A stretch of DNA of 34,828 nt from Basidioascus undulatus. Lineage: Eukaryota. Below, piece by piece: positions 21,434 to 32,910 of the stretch. The stretch spans positions 1 through 34,828 of the forward strand of contig JTLS01000071.1 in assembly GCA_000826855.1 (NCBI GenBank), in the 5' to 3' direction. The position numbers and the translations under genes were made by a program. Each line of letters starts with the position of its first letter. The stretch's first letter is position 1. The notes below the pieces were generated by a model that ran no database searches, was not told the origin of the DNA, and was given only the letters and a program-made list of their open reading frames with translations.

Positions 21434-24400
21434 TCATGCCTCGTAGAACCATCCTGGCGACACATGTGGGTGAGCGGATGACGTTGGCAGCAACATGGAC
21501 ACGTTGAACTCACCATCGTCCGCCTGTACAGTCGCAGAAGACATGACGGAGAGAGCAGGCGAAGCGGTCTGCCGACGTATCGCCGAAGGCGAAGTGTCGA
21601 ATGACGACTGTGCGGCTGCCAGTGTCGATGCCTTGATCGGCTGAGGCGCGTAGATGGACGCCGCGGAGCCAGTCAGCCTCGGCGTTGGAGTCGTGTTGTT
21701 CACGGAGCGGTCCGTCGTCGTGCGCGCCGACATTTCAGTGCCTGGACGACCGTTGCTCGTCGTCGGCGCGGGCACGTTGAGCGAGAGAGCGATTTGAGCG
21801 CGACGGCGCTCCGATTCTAGGAGACTCTTCTTGAGCGTAGCGTTTTCGCTCTCGAGCTCCGCGACGGTGTTACGGCTCGACTCGAGGTCCTCGTTCAGCT
21901 GGCGCTCGCGGTTCTGTGTCAAGCGTCAAGTCAGCCATCCACCGTACCGCACCATAGGGCTCGCGATGAACGCACCGCCATCTGCTCGATCGCCTCGGTC
22001 GCCTCCGCCAGTAGAGCGCTCTCGGTGTCTGCAACAGCGAGACGCTCTTGCGCGGCTTCGGCCTTGCGCTCGAGCTCGCGAACGCGGTTGGCAAGCTCGC
22101 TAGCACGCTGCTGCGCCGTGGCGATCGTATGCTTACCCGTCGCCTGCGCTCGCGTGAGGTTGTCGATGCGCTCGCGCGCCTTGGTGAGCTCCTGCGAGTC
22201 GCGCGCACCCTCCTCCACGATCTGCTTCCTGAGCTCCTGAAGAGACAGCTGAAGCTGCGCTCGCTCCTCGCGGTCCTGCGACTGCGAGGAAACGAAGAGC
22301 GCCCGTTCTTCGAGCCACTGTTGCCGCGCAGTCTCGAGCGTCTTGGTTTTCTCGACCTCCGCGTCGCGCTCGAGCTCGAGTTGTCGGATCTGCAAGAACC
22401 CATTAAGCGAACTTGGAAGACAACTGCGCCGTGCTGAGCAATGACTTACTCGAACCTGATAGTCCCGGTCCGCATTGAACCACGCCTGCTTCTGGTCGTG
22501 CAGATTCTTGATCTGTTCCTCGGCGTCGTTGAGCTTGGTGGTAAGGCCGCTGCGCTCAGGAAGTCAGAACGAGAAGCGCAGCAAAAGCATCGTGCAAAAC
22601 TGACCTAAGCGAGTGGATAAGGCTACCGTTCGTTGCCTCCAATTTCGCGAGCTCCGCATCCTTGTTGCGAGCGTTCGCGCGCGCTGCCTCGGCTTCGCTA
22701 CGCGCGTAGTCGCGTTCCTCCTCCATCGCGCGCAGACGCTCGATAAGTCTGTCTTTCTCGGAACGAAGCTTGCCGTGCGTGCTCTGTTAGAAAAAGCGTG
22801 TAAGCATCGCCGCCGGCAGTAGACCCAAGACGCGTATGCCGTACCTGAGCCTTGCCAAGCTCTGCCTGCAACTCGGCGTTGGCCGACACCGCCTCCTGCA
22901 GCTGCAGCATCTCGCCAACGATCGACGACTTCGCCTCGAAGTCCCGCCTTGCGAGCTGCAACGCGTCGGTCGCGTGCGCGAGCAACTCGGGGATGTCGCT
23001 CAGCCTCTCATCCACGGCAGCGGCGCGAGACGCCATGTCGCGGTGCGCGACCTCATGCCTGTCGAGCAGCTCCGACGCCTTGATCGATGCGTCTCCCATC
23101 TGCGACAGATGTGGCAGCAAGATGTCGCGCAGCTCGGCAACGACGAGAGTGAGGTCGACGGGGGCCGACTTCAGCTCCGCTAGGCGAGGGGCGAGCTCGC
23201 GGACGATGCGGTCGCTGATGCCCGCTTGCATCGCCTCCGCGTCCGAGTGCGGCTCGAGCGCCGTGAAGTAAGGCGCGAGCTCGCGGACGATGATACTTGC
23301 CGTCTCCTTCTTGTCTGCAACCGTTCGGATGTCAGCGAGATGCAGGAGGGTCGAAGAAGCAGACACACCGAAACGCACCGGAAGCGAGATCGATCAGCGC
23401 GTGCAAATGAGGCTTGACGCTGTCGGACAGTCGACTCGTGAGGACGTCGATGTCGAGCGAGGTTGGCGCAGGAAGGTGTGGTCGCAAGCCGGCGATGAGC
23501 TCCGCAAGAAGCGTGAGGCGCTCCACCGCCGGATCCCGTGTAACCGCCGCCTCGAGAGGCTCCAGGCGCTGGTTGAGAAGTCGCGCAAGGGCGTCGACGA
23601 CGGCACGCTCGTCGACTGCCGGCGCGGGTCGAGGGAGACGCGCGAGGATCGCGTCGACGAGACCTTGCCGTCCCTCGTCCGTCTCGAGGACGCTTGTCTG
23701 GCGGTGCTCTTGCACAGCCCGCAGCTCGTTCGCGATGCGCTCGGTCGTCTCCCGCTGACTCTCGAACATGACAGCGCGGATGTAATCGACGTCGAGCTCG
23801 CCTTGGCCGTCCGTGCTGGACCGCACGCCCTCGGCGATCTGCTCGAGCTTGTCTTGCAGCCCCGCGAGCACGCGATCCATGAGCTGCTCCGGGTCGTGCC
23901 TCCTGTCCTGCTCCCGCTCGCGGACCGTCTCGTCCAGTCGATGCAGCACGGTCTGCAGCGAGCGCGAGAGATCATACAAGAGCGCGTGGTCCCGGCCGTT
24001 GATGTCGGACGACGGCGCTGCGTCGGAAAGATGTGACGCTGAGTATGCGGGCGACTGCTGCGGCTGTCGGAAGCCTGCGGCGGACAAGGGCGGGACGGGC
24101 GTGGCGGAGACGGCGGTGGGATGGGGACGGAAGATCTCGAGCGCCTTGCCAATCGGGCGCTCGCCGTTCGGAATGTTGATGGAGCTAGAGCCGGACTCGA
24201 CGCGCTTGCGGTTCGGCTCGTCAGACTCGGCAGCGTTGAACGGCGGAATGGGCGGGCGCTTGTAGCGGTTCTCCTTGAGGCTGGACTCGCTGGGCAGCGG
24301 TGGAGGATTCGCGTTCTCGGGGCGCGGCTGCGAGTTCGCGCCGAAAGTGAGCGAGGACGTGCGTCGGGGAGGCCACACGTCCTGCTGCGCCGAGACGGAA

Positions 24401-27400
24401 ATCTCGCCGAGCGGGTAGCGGAACTCGCCAAACTCGGCTTCTTCCACCTCCCCGTCCTGCTCGTACGCCTCTTCCTCGGCGCGCTCGACCAGGTCGCTGG
24501 GTGAGGCGACGCGCATGCGCTTCTCCCGGCCCTGCGCCGCGCGCAACAGCGTTCCCGGCTGGAACAGGCTCGCCATCTGCTCCTGCGGGGGCGGCGTGGG
24601 CATGGTGAGGGCGGCTTGGAAGGGGAACGCGCCAGGTCGGAACTCGGGAGCGGCGGCGGACAGGCCACTCTTGTGCGAGAGCGTCGCCGCAGCCGGCCGA
24701 GGGCCCGAGGGCATTTGCTGCTGCTGCTGAGGAGCGCCAAAGCGGAAGGGGCTCGGCTGCTGTTGCTGCCTGTCCGGGCTGACGCTGCCGGAGCCGCGCC
24801 GCCCGTACGAGGGCTGCTGTGACGACTGCGAGAAGATCTCGCTCACGCGGCGGGCGTGGTCCGACTGGCTGAAGGTGAATTGTGCGCCGGGGTGCTGCGG
24901 TCCGAAGGCGGAGCGGGCGGGCGAGACGGCGCCCCTCTGCGCGTACACGCGCTCCTCGTCCGACGGGTTGCTGACGAAGTCGTATGCCTCGGCGTCGTAC
25001 TGCTGCCGCTCGGGCGAGATGCTGCCCTCGGCGTTCGACTCGCGGCGAGCTATGTGCGCACGGGCGGGTACGGGTTGGCCCTTTTTCTGCGCGCGGAGCA
25101 TGCGGCGGGTGAGGCGTTCTTGCAGCGCGCGCTCCCTGATGTCGTTGGACGAGTGCGTCAGTCGCCCAGCATAAGACGCTAGCAGGGAAAGCGAATTTGC
25201 GCACTCGTCGGACGGGTTCGAGTACATCTCGAGCCGCTCATCATCCTCCGTATCCGGCTCGAAACCGCTCCAGTCGGCAGTGGCGCTCTCGCCGCCGGCA
25301 GTCTGCGGCGACGACGATGCGACGGACCAGTTCCGGGGCCTGCCGCGAAGCGAAGCGGGGTCGTCTGACGGGTTCGTGTGGAAGTCCTCCAGCTCGCGCT
25401 CCTCCTTGCCCTCCTGCTGGGCCGCGCGACCGCCGACGACCCGAGCGCTGAACGTCTTGGGGACGAACTCGGGGATGGAGGGGTTAAGCGCGCCGCCTGA
25501 CGAGCTGCGTCGGCGGACGGGGAAGTTGAACTGCGGCGTGGGCGGAAGGTCATGTGCGAGCGCTTCGACAGCCTCGGCCGTTTCGGCTTGGTCGTTCGTG
25601 CTGCTGACAGGGATGGGAGGAAGGGACAGCGACGGATCGTGATCCTTCGCCGGAACGGGTGGTGGCGCGGGTGCGGAGGTAGGAACGAACGGCGCGACTG
25701 CGGCGTTGAGGACCTTCGTAAACGGCACGAACGGCGCGACAGTCGGCACGAGCTTGCTGGTGGCAGCCGCAGCCGGTCGCGGCACGAACTCCGGGACGGA
25801 CGGACGAAGGGCGGAAGCGCCAGGAACGAAGCTCGGCGCCTGCGCGCTGAGAGGGATGCTCTCGGCGGGCGGGGCTCCCAGCGAGCCCGCAGAGGAAGGC
25901 GCGACGGGGAGGTCGATTGAGGACGTGCCCGAGTGGCCGCCGAATGAGGCTGTGCGCAGCCGACCGGAGGGGATCTCGATGGAGAGGCTGTGGTGGTTGC
26001 GTGTTGCGCCGAACGAGTTGGTGGTGCTCTTCGCGCTGCAGTGCGAGAATGCAGTGCTCGGGTTGCGCGAATGCCCGTCGGCGACCTCCGTCTCGGCGAC
26101 CTCCGTCTGCTGCGCGTCCTCCTTCTCCTCCTCCGCAGCGCCCTCGGCCTTATCCAACTCCGCTTCGGGACCGTACCCGAATCCGCGCGAGAGCTCTGCG
26201 AAGCTGAGTGGCCGCGGCTTGCTGTCCTTCGACGTGGGCGTCTCCTCGCTTTCGCGCTCCTCTCCGACGTCGACCTCCTGCTCCTGGTCCTGCTCCTGGT
26301 CCTGCTCCTTATCTTGCTCCAGCTCCTCCTCCTCCGCGACCTCTAGCAGTGACGAGGGGAACTGGCTCGGCGTCGTCGGAGCGTCGGACACGCCTCGGCT
26401 CATCGGCGAGCCGCCCATCGCGGGCAGCGGGAGGCCGAGCGTGTTGAGGCCGAGCGTGTTGAGGCGCGGGTTGAAGTAGGACGGGTTGCTCGAGGCGGTC
26501 GAGTACGCGGGGCTCGAGGGGCCGAAGCTCGGGATGGTGTTCGGCAGCGCGAGCGACATCGAGCTTGCATGTCCGCCGAGTCGAGGAGGCGGCTGCTTCG
26601 TGGGGCTGGAGAGCGGCGAGCGCTGCTGCTCGGGGCTCGAGTCGAGGAAGCGACGGAGCTTGAAGTCGAGCATGCCGGGGTCCGCGGGGGACGAGATGGA
26701 CGCCGCCTTGCTGTGGTAGCCGTTCAAGCGACCGCCGACTGCGCCGAGACCCGGCATCGGCGAGAACTCATCTGGGTTCTCGATGTCTGAATACTTGCGT
26801 TCCATAGCGGTCGGAGCGGTCTCGATCCCGAGCTTCGAAAGTCGCTCGGTGATGGCGCGCTGCCGACGGGCCTCCCAAGCGTCCTTCCCAGGAAGGTAGA
26901 TGTCGACTGTACGCACTTGGTCAGGCTAAGGCTTCACGCTATAGCGAGGCAGTAAAGATACACGCACTCGCTTCTGGCAGCCCGTTCTCCAGTGGCAGGC
27001 TTCCCGGGTCCTGCTCGCGCGTGGTCGCGTCCGGGGCGCGCGGCTCGTCGAGCTCATCCACTCGGGCGACTTCGAGCGCGACGCGCGAGGGCCACAGCCC
27101 AGCGTCCTCCTTCGGCAGCGTCACGACGATCTTCTTCTTCTTCGGCTCGGCCGGCTTCTTCTCGACAGCCGGCGTCGAAGGGTTCCGGCTCGGGCGATCG
27201 GCAGTAGGCGCCTTCGGAGGGCCACCGCCCGGCTGGAGCGAGATGGACATGTTGTTGCGGCGGCCGTTGCGCTGGGGTCGGGGCGCAGAGATCGGCGTTT
27301 GGGGGAGCGGGAAGGTGAGGGAAGGTGCCGTGCGGTGATCGGGTGTGAAGGGCTAGACGGAGCTCAGAGCTAGTGTTCAGCTTCCCATCACCTCTACGCG

Positions 27401-27764
27401 ACTTTCGAGAGTGGCTTACTGTCGGTGGTGTCGCTCCATAGCCCATCCCCTGCAGCGACTGCCGGTGCAGGCTCCCCGGGCTGACAACGCCCGCACCCGG
27501 CGTCATCGGGAGCGGGATGCCCGCAGCGTGCTGCTGTTGCTGGCCGAACGCGGGTGAGCCGCTGGGCGCGACGGGCATCGGTCCACTGGGGGAGGCGAAG
27601 AATGGCGGGTCAATTTCCCGGCCATCGATGAGGATCGGATCCGGGCTTCCGTCCGGACGGGGATCATACGAGTTGGGTATGTGCAATCGCGGAAGGGTCG
27701 GCGGGCTCGGCCCTGCTGGCGAGGCAGAGTATCGCCGAGCGTGAGGAGGTAGCGGAACGGCCAT
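21434..27764 (-). CDS. upa2: Upa2-like multi-PAM2 coiled-coil protein (endosomal mRNA transport scaffold), multi-exon
   Basis: A long low-complexity N-terminal region carries six PAM2-like motifs (LSAQAPSFVP, LRPSVPEFVP, LVPTVAPFVP, LNAAVAPFVP, LNPSIPEFVP, LSAAAPEFRP). LIDLASDKKETA forms across an intron. A long C-terminal coiled coil lies at about 21800-23100, and the terminus after splicing 21454-21513 is DDGWFYEA*. This matches the PAM2 + coiled coil + C-terminal GWW architecture described for Ustilago maydis Upa2. Confidence 0.8.
25681..25851 (-). repeat. Tandem array of four PAM2-like (MLLE/PABP-binding) motifs
   Basis: L-x6-FVP units at 25822-25851, 25780-25809, 25723-25752 and 25681-25710 (spacing 42/57/42 nt). 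Confidence 0.75.
26078..26465. repeat. Short in-frame coding tandem duplications in the Upa2-like gene
   Basis: 15-bp unit tcggcgacctccgtc x2 at 26078-26107 (TEVAETEVA). Roughly 12-bp units tcctgctcctgg at about 26276-26320 (EQDKEQDQEQDQEQE). 15-bp unit gaggccgagcgtgtt x2 at 26431-26460 (LNTLGLNTLG). Confidence 0.8.
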
Positions 27765-27964
27765 GTCGCGCGGGTGCGATGCGTAGTGTTGATATTCTGC
27801 TCCATGGGCTCAGTCAGACAACAGAGACAGCCATTCCAGGCACCTGGTGACGCACAGGGTATCTATGCAGGATTATGGAAGTAGATGCAGGTCCCGATCG
27901 GGCGCTCACGCGGGCGTGTCTAGAGGGTATTGCAGCGGAGCTGAAGGGCGACAGCACCTGACCT

Positions 27965-28347
27965 TCAGCAACTTCTGACAAACGCATCTTCAAATAAGAA
28001 GTCCCAGAATCCTGAAAAAGAGATACACACCTTCGCCAGCGCCTCAGCCAAGAGCCCCGTCGAGGGCTGAGCTGGACCGCACGCGAATGCGCACTGAGCC
28101 GAAGGGGATCGATTCGCTAAAAGAGGTGCTTCCGGCTCGAGCCGGTACGATAGTCGCAGTGCGCTCCGCTCTAGGGAGTGCTGCGACCGAGAAGAATGGG
28201 GTATGCCGTGATTGTGGGACGGTGACACGAAGCGGAGATGAAAGAGGAATCCGGGCGCGGTGGACAAGAGGCACCGGGGAGCGCACGGTGCTCTCGACGC
28301 GAGTGAGACTGCGGCTAATGAACCTCGGCGGGGGACAAGGCGTCCAT
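27965..28347 (-). pseudogene. Possible decayed F-box-like gene relic
   Basis: ATG 28347 reads MDALSPAEV, then with a frameshift ISRSLTRVES, and later LFHLRFVS. This is reminiscent of F-box LPxEI..I..L..L..VS, but it is a pattern impression only. Confidence 0.15.
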
Positions 28348-29332
28348 TTGTGACCAGTCCCCATCGTTTCGCTGATATTCATGGGTCAAATAAAGGCGTT
28401 ATGTAAATCCTCTTCAATACCCCTCACCCAGCTTCCTTGACCCAAAACAAAGAAACAGGTGTGCCAGACGAAGGTGCTGTGCCGTCGTGCCTTTACAGCA
28501 GCTGTCTTACTTTTCAGACACATCATTTTCCGCGAAACCGCCTTGCCTTTGTTGACAGTCGCTGTGAAAGCGCTGCAAACGGGACAGTTCTTGATAAATA
28601 CCGTTCAAATTTACAGATGGATCAATGGCGGTATTCGCCTTTCAGACCGCCGCCAACGAAGAGCGAGCGAGTGCCGAGCCATCCATGCTTAGGGTGTCCT
28701 ACTCACGAGCAACTGTTTCATTCGCGAGCTCAGCGCACCATTCCTCATAGCACCATCCATCATAGCACCAGTTAAGGGAAGTCGAGAACGATAAGCAGTT
28801 TCCTTGTGTAGGGGAGTGGAGCAGTGGGCCGGGCGAGGAGTAGCTATGCAAGTCAACAGTAGGTTTTAAAAGTCAGCAGTGCATTGTGTAGCCATCAAAC
28901 CAGAACAATTACGTTGTTGATAGATTCCTATGCAAGTTTCTGAAAGTATTCTATTCTTCGTGGGATTAACGGGGCTGGGATGCAGTTGACAACACATCGC
29001 AAGCACCAGATCGTCCTCGATCTTTGATGTGGATTGCAACAATCGGCGTCTACTCTCGGCGAAGCTGTCACACGACAAAAAGCTCTGTATTGGATACTTA
29101 ACGTTATTTTGAAACTTTGCATTGTCTCATTTCAGACAAGCGATGCTGTATAGGAAGGCAATGACAGTCGTTACGCACTGGGCAGCGTCGTCGCATTTAA
29201 TTTCAACGATCTCGTCTATTCACATAACGTATATTTTGCTTCAACTCCCTGAACCCTCTAAAAGGCCTGAAAGCTATATACCTTGCGTGATACCCACAAA
29301 TCGAGCCTCCCCTCTAACGGAAGACGACATTT

Positions 29333-30537
29333 CTAGTAACGGAAGACGTCGAGGTAGGCACCGTCCGACTCGTCGTCGAAGGGGCTGCCAAATGCAACAA
29401 TCATGTCAGTACTGGCTGTCCGAGTGCACCATGTGCTGCTCAGGATTAATAATAACGTACACGACCACGAAGTCTCCCAGAGTGTTGATGTTCTGCGCCT
29501 CAGCCTTCACAGTCTGCTTGTCCTCGCCGCTCCTGTCAAGCGCCACGGGGCTGTACGATCCGACGAGGATGCCGTTCTGCTTGCTCAGCGCCTCGGACTG
29601 CGCCAGTGTGTCCGGGTCGAGGACGTCCGGGTCGACGAGGTGCAGCGCGGGCTTGATGAGCGCGAGGCCGAGCGTTTCGGTCAGCTGGTCGGGCGTGAAG
29701 TTCACGACGCCGATGCTCCTGCAGGTCCCGACATGATCAGCTTGAAAGGTCAGGGCGTATAGAAGGTGAGGTAGTGGAACGCACTTGACAAGTCCGAGAG
29801 TCTTCAGCCACTCGAACTTCTGGTACACACGCGAGAAGAACTCGAGCCGGTCGTAATGGTGAATCATCCACATGTCGAAGTACGAGACACCGAGCTGTCA
29901 GGAGCAGAAGTCACATCAGTATCCATGAAGAGTAAACTGTTTCATAAAGTTGGACTCACGGCGGTGATGTCCTTGGTCCACTCCAGCTGGACAGAATTCG
30001 TCCGGTTCGTGGGGATGTCGAACCCGCGTTCGAACTTGCAGGTGATGAAGAGCTCTTCGCGAGGGATGCCCTCGAGCGCAATGGCCTGGCCGATGCTCTC
30101 CAGGTTCCCATCCTCGCCGGCCGTGTCTTCCGGTACTCCTCAAGTCAGCATGCTGTCCTCCAGAACCAAGAAACAGTCTGAGCCTCACCGAGGTGGCGGT
30201 ACCCAACCTGCAGCGCCTGGCGCACGAGTGCGACCGTCTCCTCCGGCTCGAGCGAGGGGTCGATGCTGAATGAGGGCGAGGGGATCCAGTGGTTGTCGTT
30301 CACCTTGAAGAGGCGGTGATCGGGGAAGCTGGGCTGCTCGTACTCCTCGACGGGGACGGGAAGCGGGATCGGGTAGAAGGGGAGGTAGGGCCCGTTCGAC
30401 CGTGGCTCACCGGGAGTGCTGGGATCGGTCGCCGGGTCGAGGGCGGGGCCGGTCGAACCTTGGTGGCGGGTGATGGACGGGGAGGCCGTGGTGGAGAGGG
30501 CCGCGGCGGCGAGGGCGACGAGAGGGAAGGCGAGCAT
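29333..30537 (-). CDS. Aldo-keto reductase-fold protein with N-terminal signal peptide; catalytic Tyr absent, C-terminally truncated (311 aa, 5 exons)
   Basis: Exons 30537-30189, 30126-29960, 29894-29785, 29718-29461 and 29384-29333 total 936 nt in frame. AKR motifs are ALQVGYRHLDTA, IPREELFITCK, LGVSYFDMWMIH, GLVKSIGVVNF and GILVGSYSP. N-terminus MLAFPLVALAAAALSTTA-SP. Confidence 0.82.
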
Positions 30538-31515
30538 CGCGTTGTGGATATGTGATCTTCGAACTTTGGGGATGGGAGGAACTTAATAATAGCCCTGCAC
30601 ACTTTAAGTCTCCCATACGGCTGAGCATTCCAAACAAACACGGAATGCATTTTGGGAAGGGGTGGAAGGGTGGCCCCTTCGTCAACTTGTGGAATGCCTC
30701 GACCAATGGAAGCACCAGTTCACGACAAACATTCCTGAGCAGGATTTTTTATTATTTTTCACGGTCTGAACACTTACATACCACCATCCTTTAAGGCTGT
30801 ATGAGGCCCAAGTAAAGATATTTTCAGGGACTGCGAAAACGCCGCGTGCTGTGACCTGCAAATGGCCCTTTATTTCCCTCGGAAGTCTAGGTCGTACAGG
30901 AAAGAAAACACACTAGTCCCCCTGATCTGCGAGTCAAAGCCTCCGTTCATGTAGCGCTTCTTTTAATAGCAAAGAAAGGGACGAAGAGCCCAAGGGGAGG
31001 ACGCGGACGCGAATTCCAGGGGAAAAGGGTGGACTCGTAGGGCGGGCTTCATGCATCAGACTGCGGACTTTTCGCATAAAAAACTCGAATTCAACAACGG
31101 CGTAGCCCAATTGGCTAGGCACGACAGAATGACAAGCAGCGAGGTGTTCAACCGGAGGGTTACTGTGGAACGGCACACACTGGTGACTCTGCAGAAAATC
31201 TGCGTACTGCATGCGCTCTCCCACATATCCTGAATCGTGACCACAGGAAAGTTAAGAAACATATTCAGGCAAAAACAACTCGCAATGTGATGCGGGGCCG
31301 ATATGGTTGCACCTCACAGGAGGCCTTACCCATGCCAACTGGTCTTCAACAGCACAACGGCATAGAACTGCTGTCCAGGAATGCGGTATGCTTTGCCGAA
31401 GAACGCGTAACATGAGAGAACAATGTGACATTAGAGATGGGGGACCCATGTGTGGGGAGAGAAAAGCTCGGCAGCGCGTTTTTGACAAACGCGAGCGCGC
31501 TGTACAAACTCATTC

Positions 31516-32910
31516 CTAAGACTGTGAAGTGAACCAACTGTGAGTCGGACCGCGACTGAACGCCTGTAGACAACAATTCAAAGAGGAAGCGTAACTTCCT
31601 CCCAGCCCGCCAGCAGAAAACGTCTCCCGCAGATCGCGCTCCGCAGTACGCAAGCGCTCGCCGCCTGTCGCGCCTGCGTTGACGAGCCGGACGCGGAAGC
31701 CGCGACGCTGGGCTGTCTCCGGAAGATCAGGATGCCGGCCGTGACGTTTAGCCAGCCCGATGCAGTCCTCGAGGCAAGTGACATCGACAGTCAAGAACGG
31801 TCTGCTCATGCGCGAAAGCAAGCATCCGCGGCGCTCGGCGTCTTGCAGCCACCTGGTGCTCCCGAGCGCCTGGCCAGGCAGCAGTTGGACGGAAAAGGCT
31901 GCAAGATTTGGGAGCGTCCTAAAAGCCCTTGACCAAGTGCTAGAGGGCTTGGGGCTATCCAAGGCAGCGACGATGCGCTCTTGGATTCCGGAATGCCGCA
32001 ATTGGTGCATCATGTTATGTTAATCATGTCGCAGATGCACCAGTTGGCGATTGGGGACGAAAACAGGTGGCTTCGGCCGCATGACAAGCAGCGCTCTCAG
32101 GAACAAGTTGGGAGTCTGTAGGGCGCCTTTATCAGCCTCACGGGATGCTGCTCATGGTCGTGGGCGCACACACCTTGACCGCCCCTCCCATCAGCTGCAG
32201 CGCGCCCACCCTGAGGAGCGGTGCACGTGGTGCCGGCGGGGCTTGCAGTACTGGTCGCCCACCCACAAGGAGAGCTTTAAAATCTCGTCTCCTCCGAGGG
32301 ACGGATACAGACACACGAATTTTCGTCACATACAAGTTATAAGACCCTCTAAAAATGGGGACTTGACACCCGGCGAGAAACGGTTCGAGTACGGCCAGGC
32401 TGATGCACGAGTCTGCCGCGCGGCGATAGCCTGCCAGACGTGAAGAGCGGCATACCAGATCGTGAAACAGGCCATGAGGACCTGGCAAAGTCGGTGGCGC
32501 GGCTCATATCTATCGGAGGGAAAGCTAGACTCCGATGTAGTTAGCTTGGTCAATGGAGAGGAGAGCAGAGGGGATGATGGTGGTCGCTGGAGAACCCCTG
32601 TTGTGTCGCAGTCCGGCCTTCGCATTCTGGACGCGTCTGTGACTGCCTGCAAGCTCCGCGGACACGGGTGCTGCTTTAAAGTTTCCCACCTTGACTTGAT
32701 CTCTTTCCATCTGTCCAAAAAGAGGAGTGGGAATGGACGACACAGGAGCCTCGCATTGTCTGGCGTTGCCGTGCACGCTGCATGCGAAGTTTCGATGCGC
32801 CCCGCCAGGCATATACTGACCCAAATGCCCTGGGAAAACCCGGAATGTAGTCTACCTGTTATATCCTGTGGTAGAGGTGTGGAGAAGGTCGCAAGATAAG
32901 CATTTGCTCT
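31516..32910 (-). pseudogene. Possible decayed hypothetical (F-box-like) gene
   Basis: Successive minus-strand ORFs 32326-33108 (FSTPLPQDITGRLH..NARLLCRPFPLL) and 31516-32013 (RTLPNLAAFSVQL) lie in lower-GC DNA. No clean splice model could be built. Confidence 0.18.

Noticed and set aside
23290..26479. Long overlapping ORFs (23394-24740 -, 24221-25204 -, 23290-24036 +, 25706-26479 +)
   Set aside because: Alternative frames of the GC-rich Upa2-like exon.
29315..29348. 12-bp direct repeat taacggaagacg around the AKR stop codon
   Set aside because: Too short and isolated to support a target-site duplication or regulatory element.
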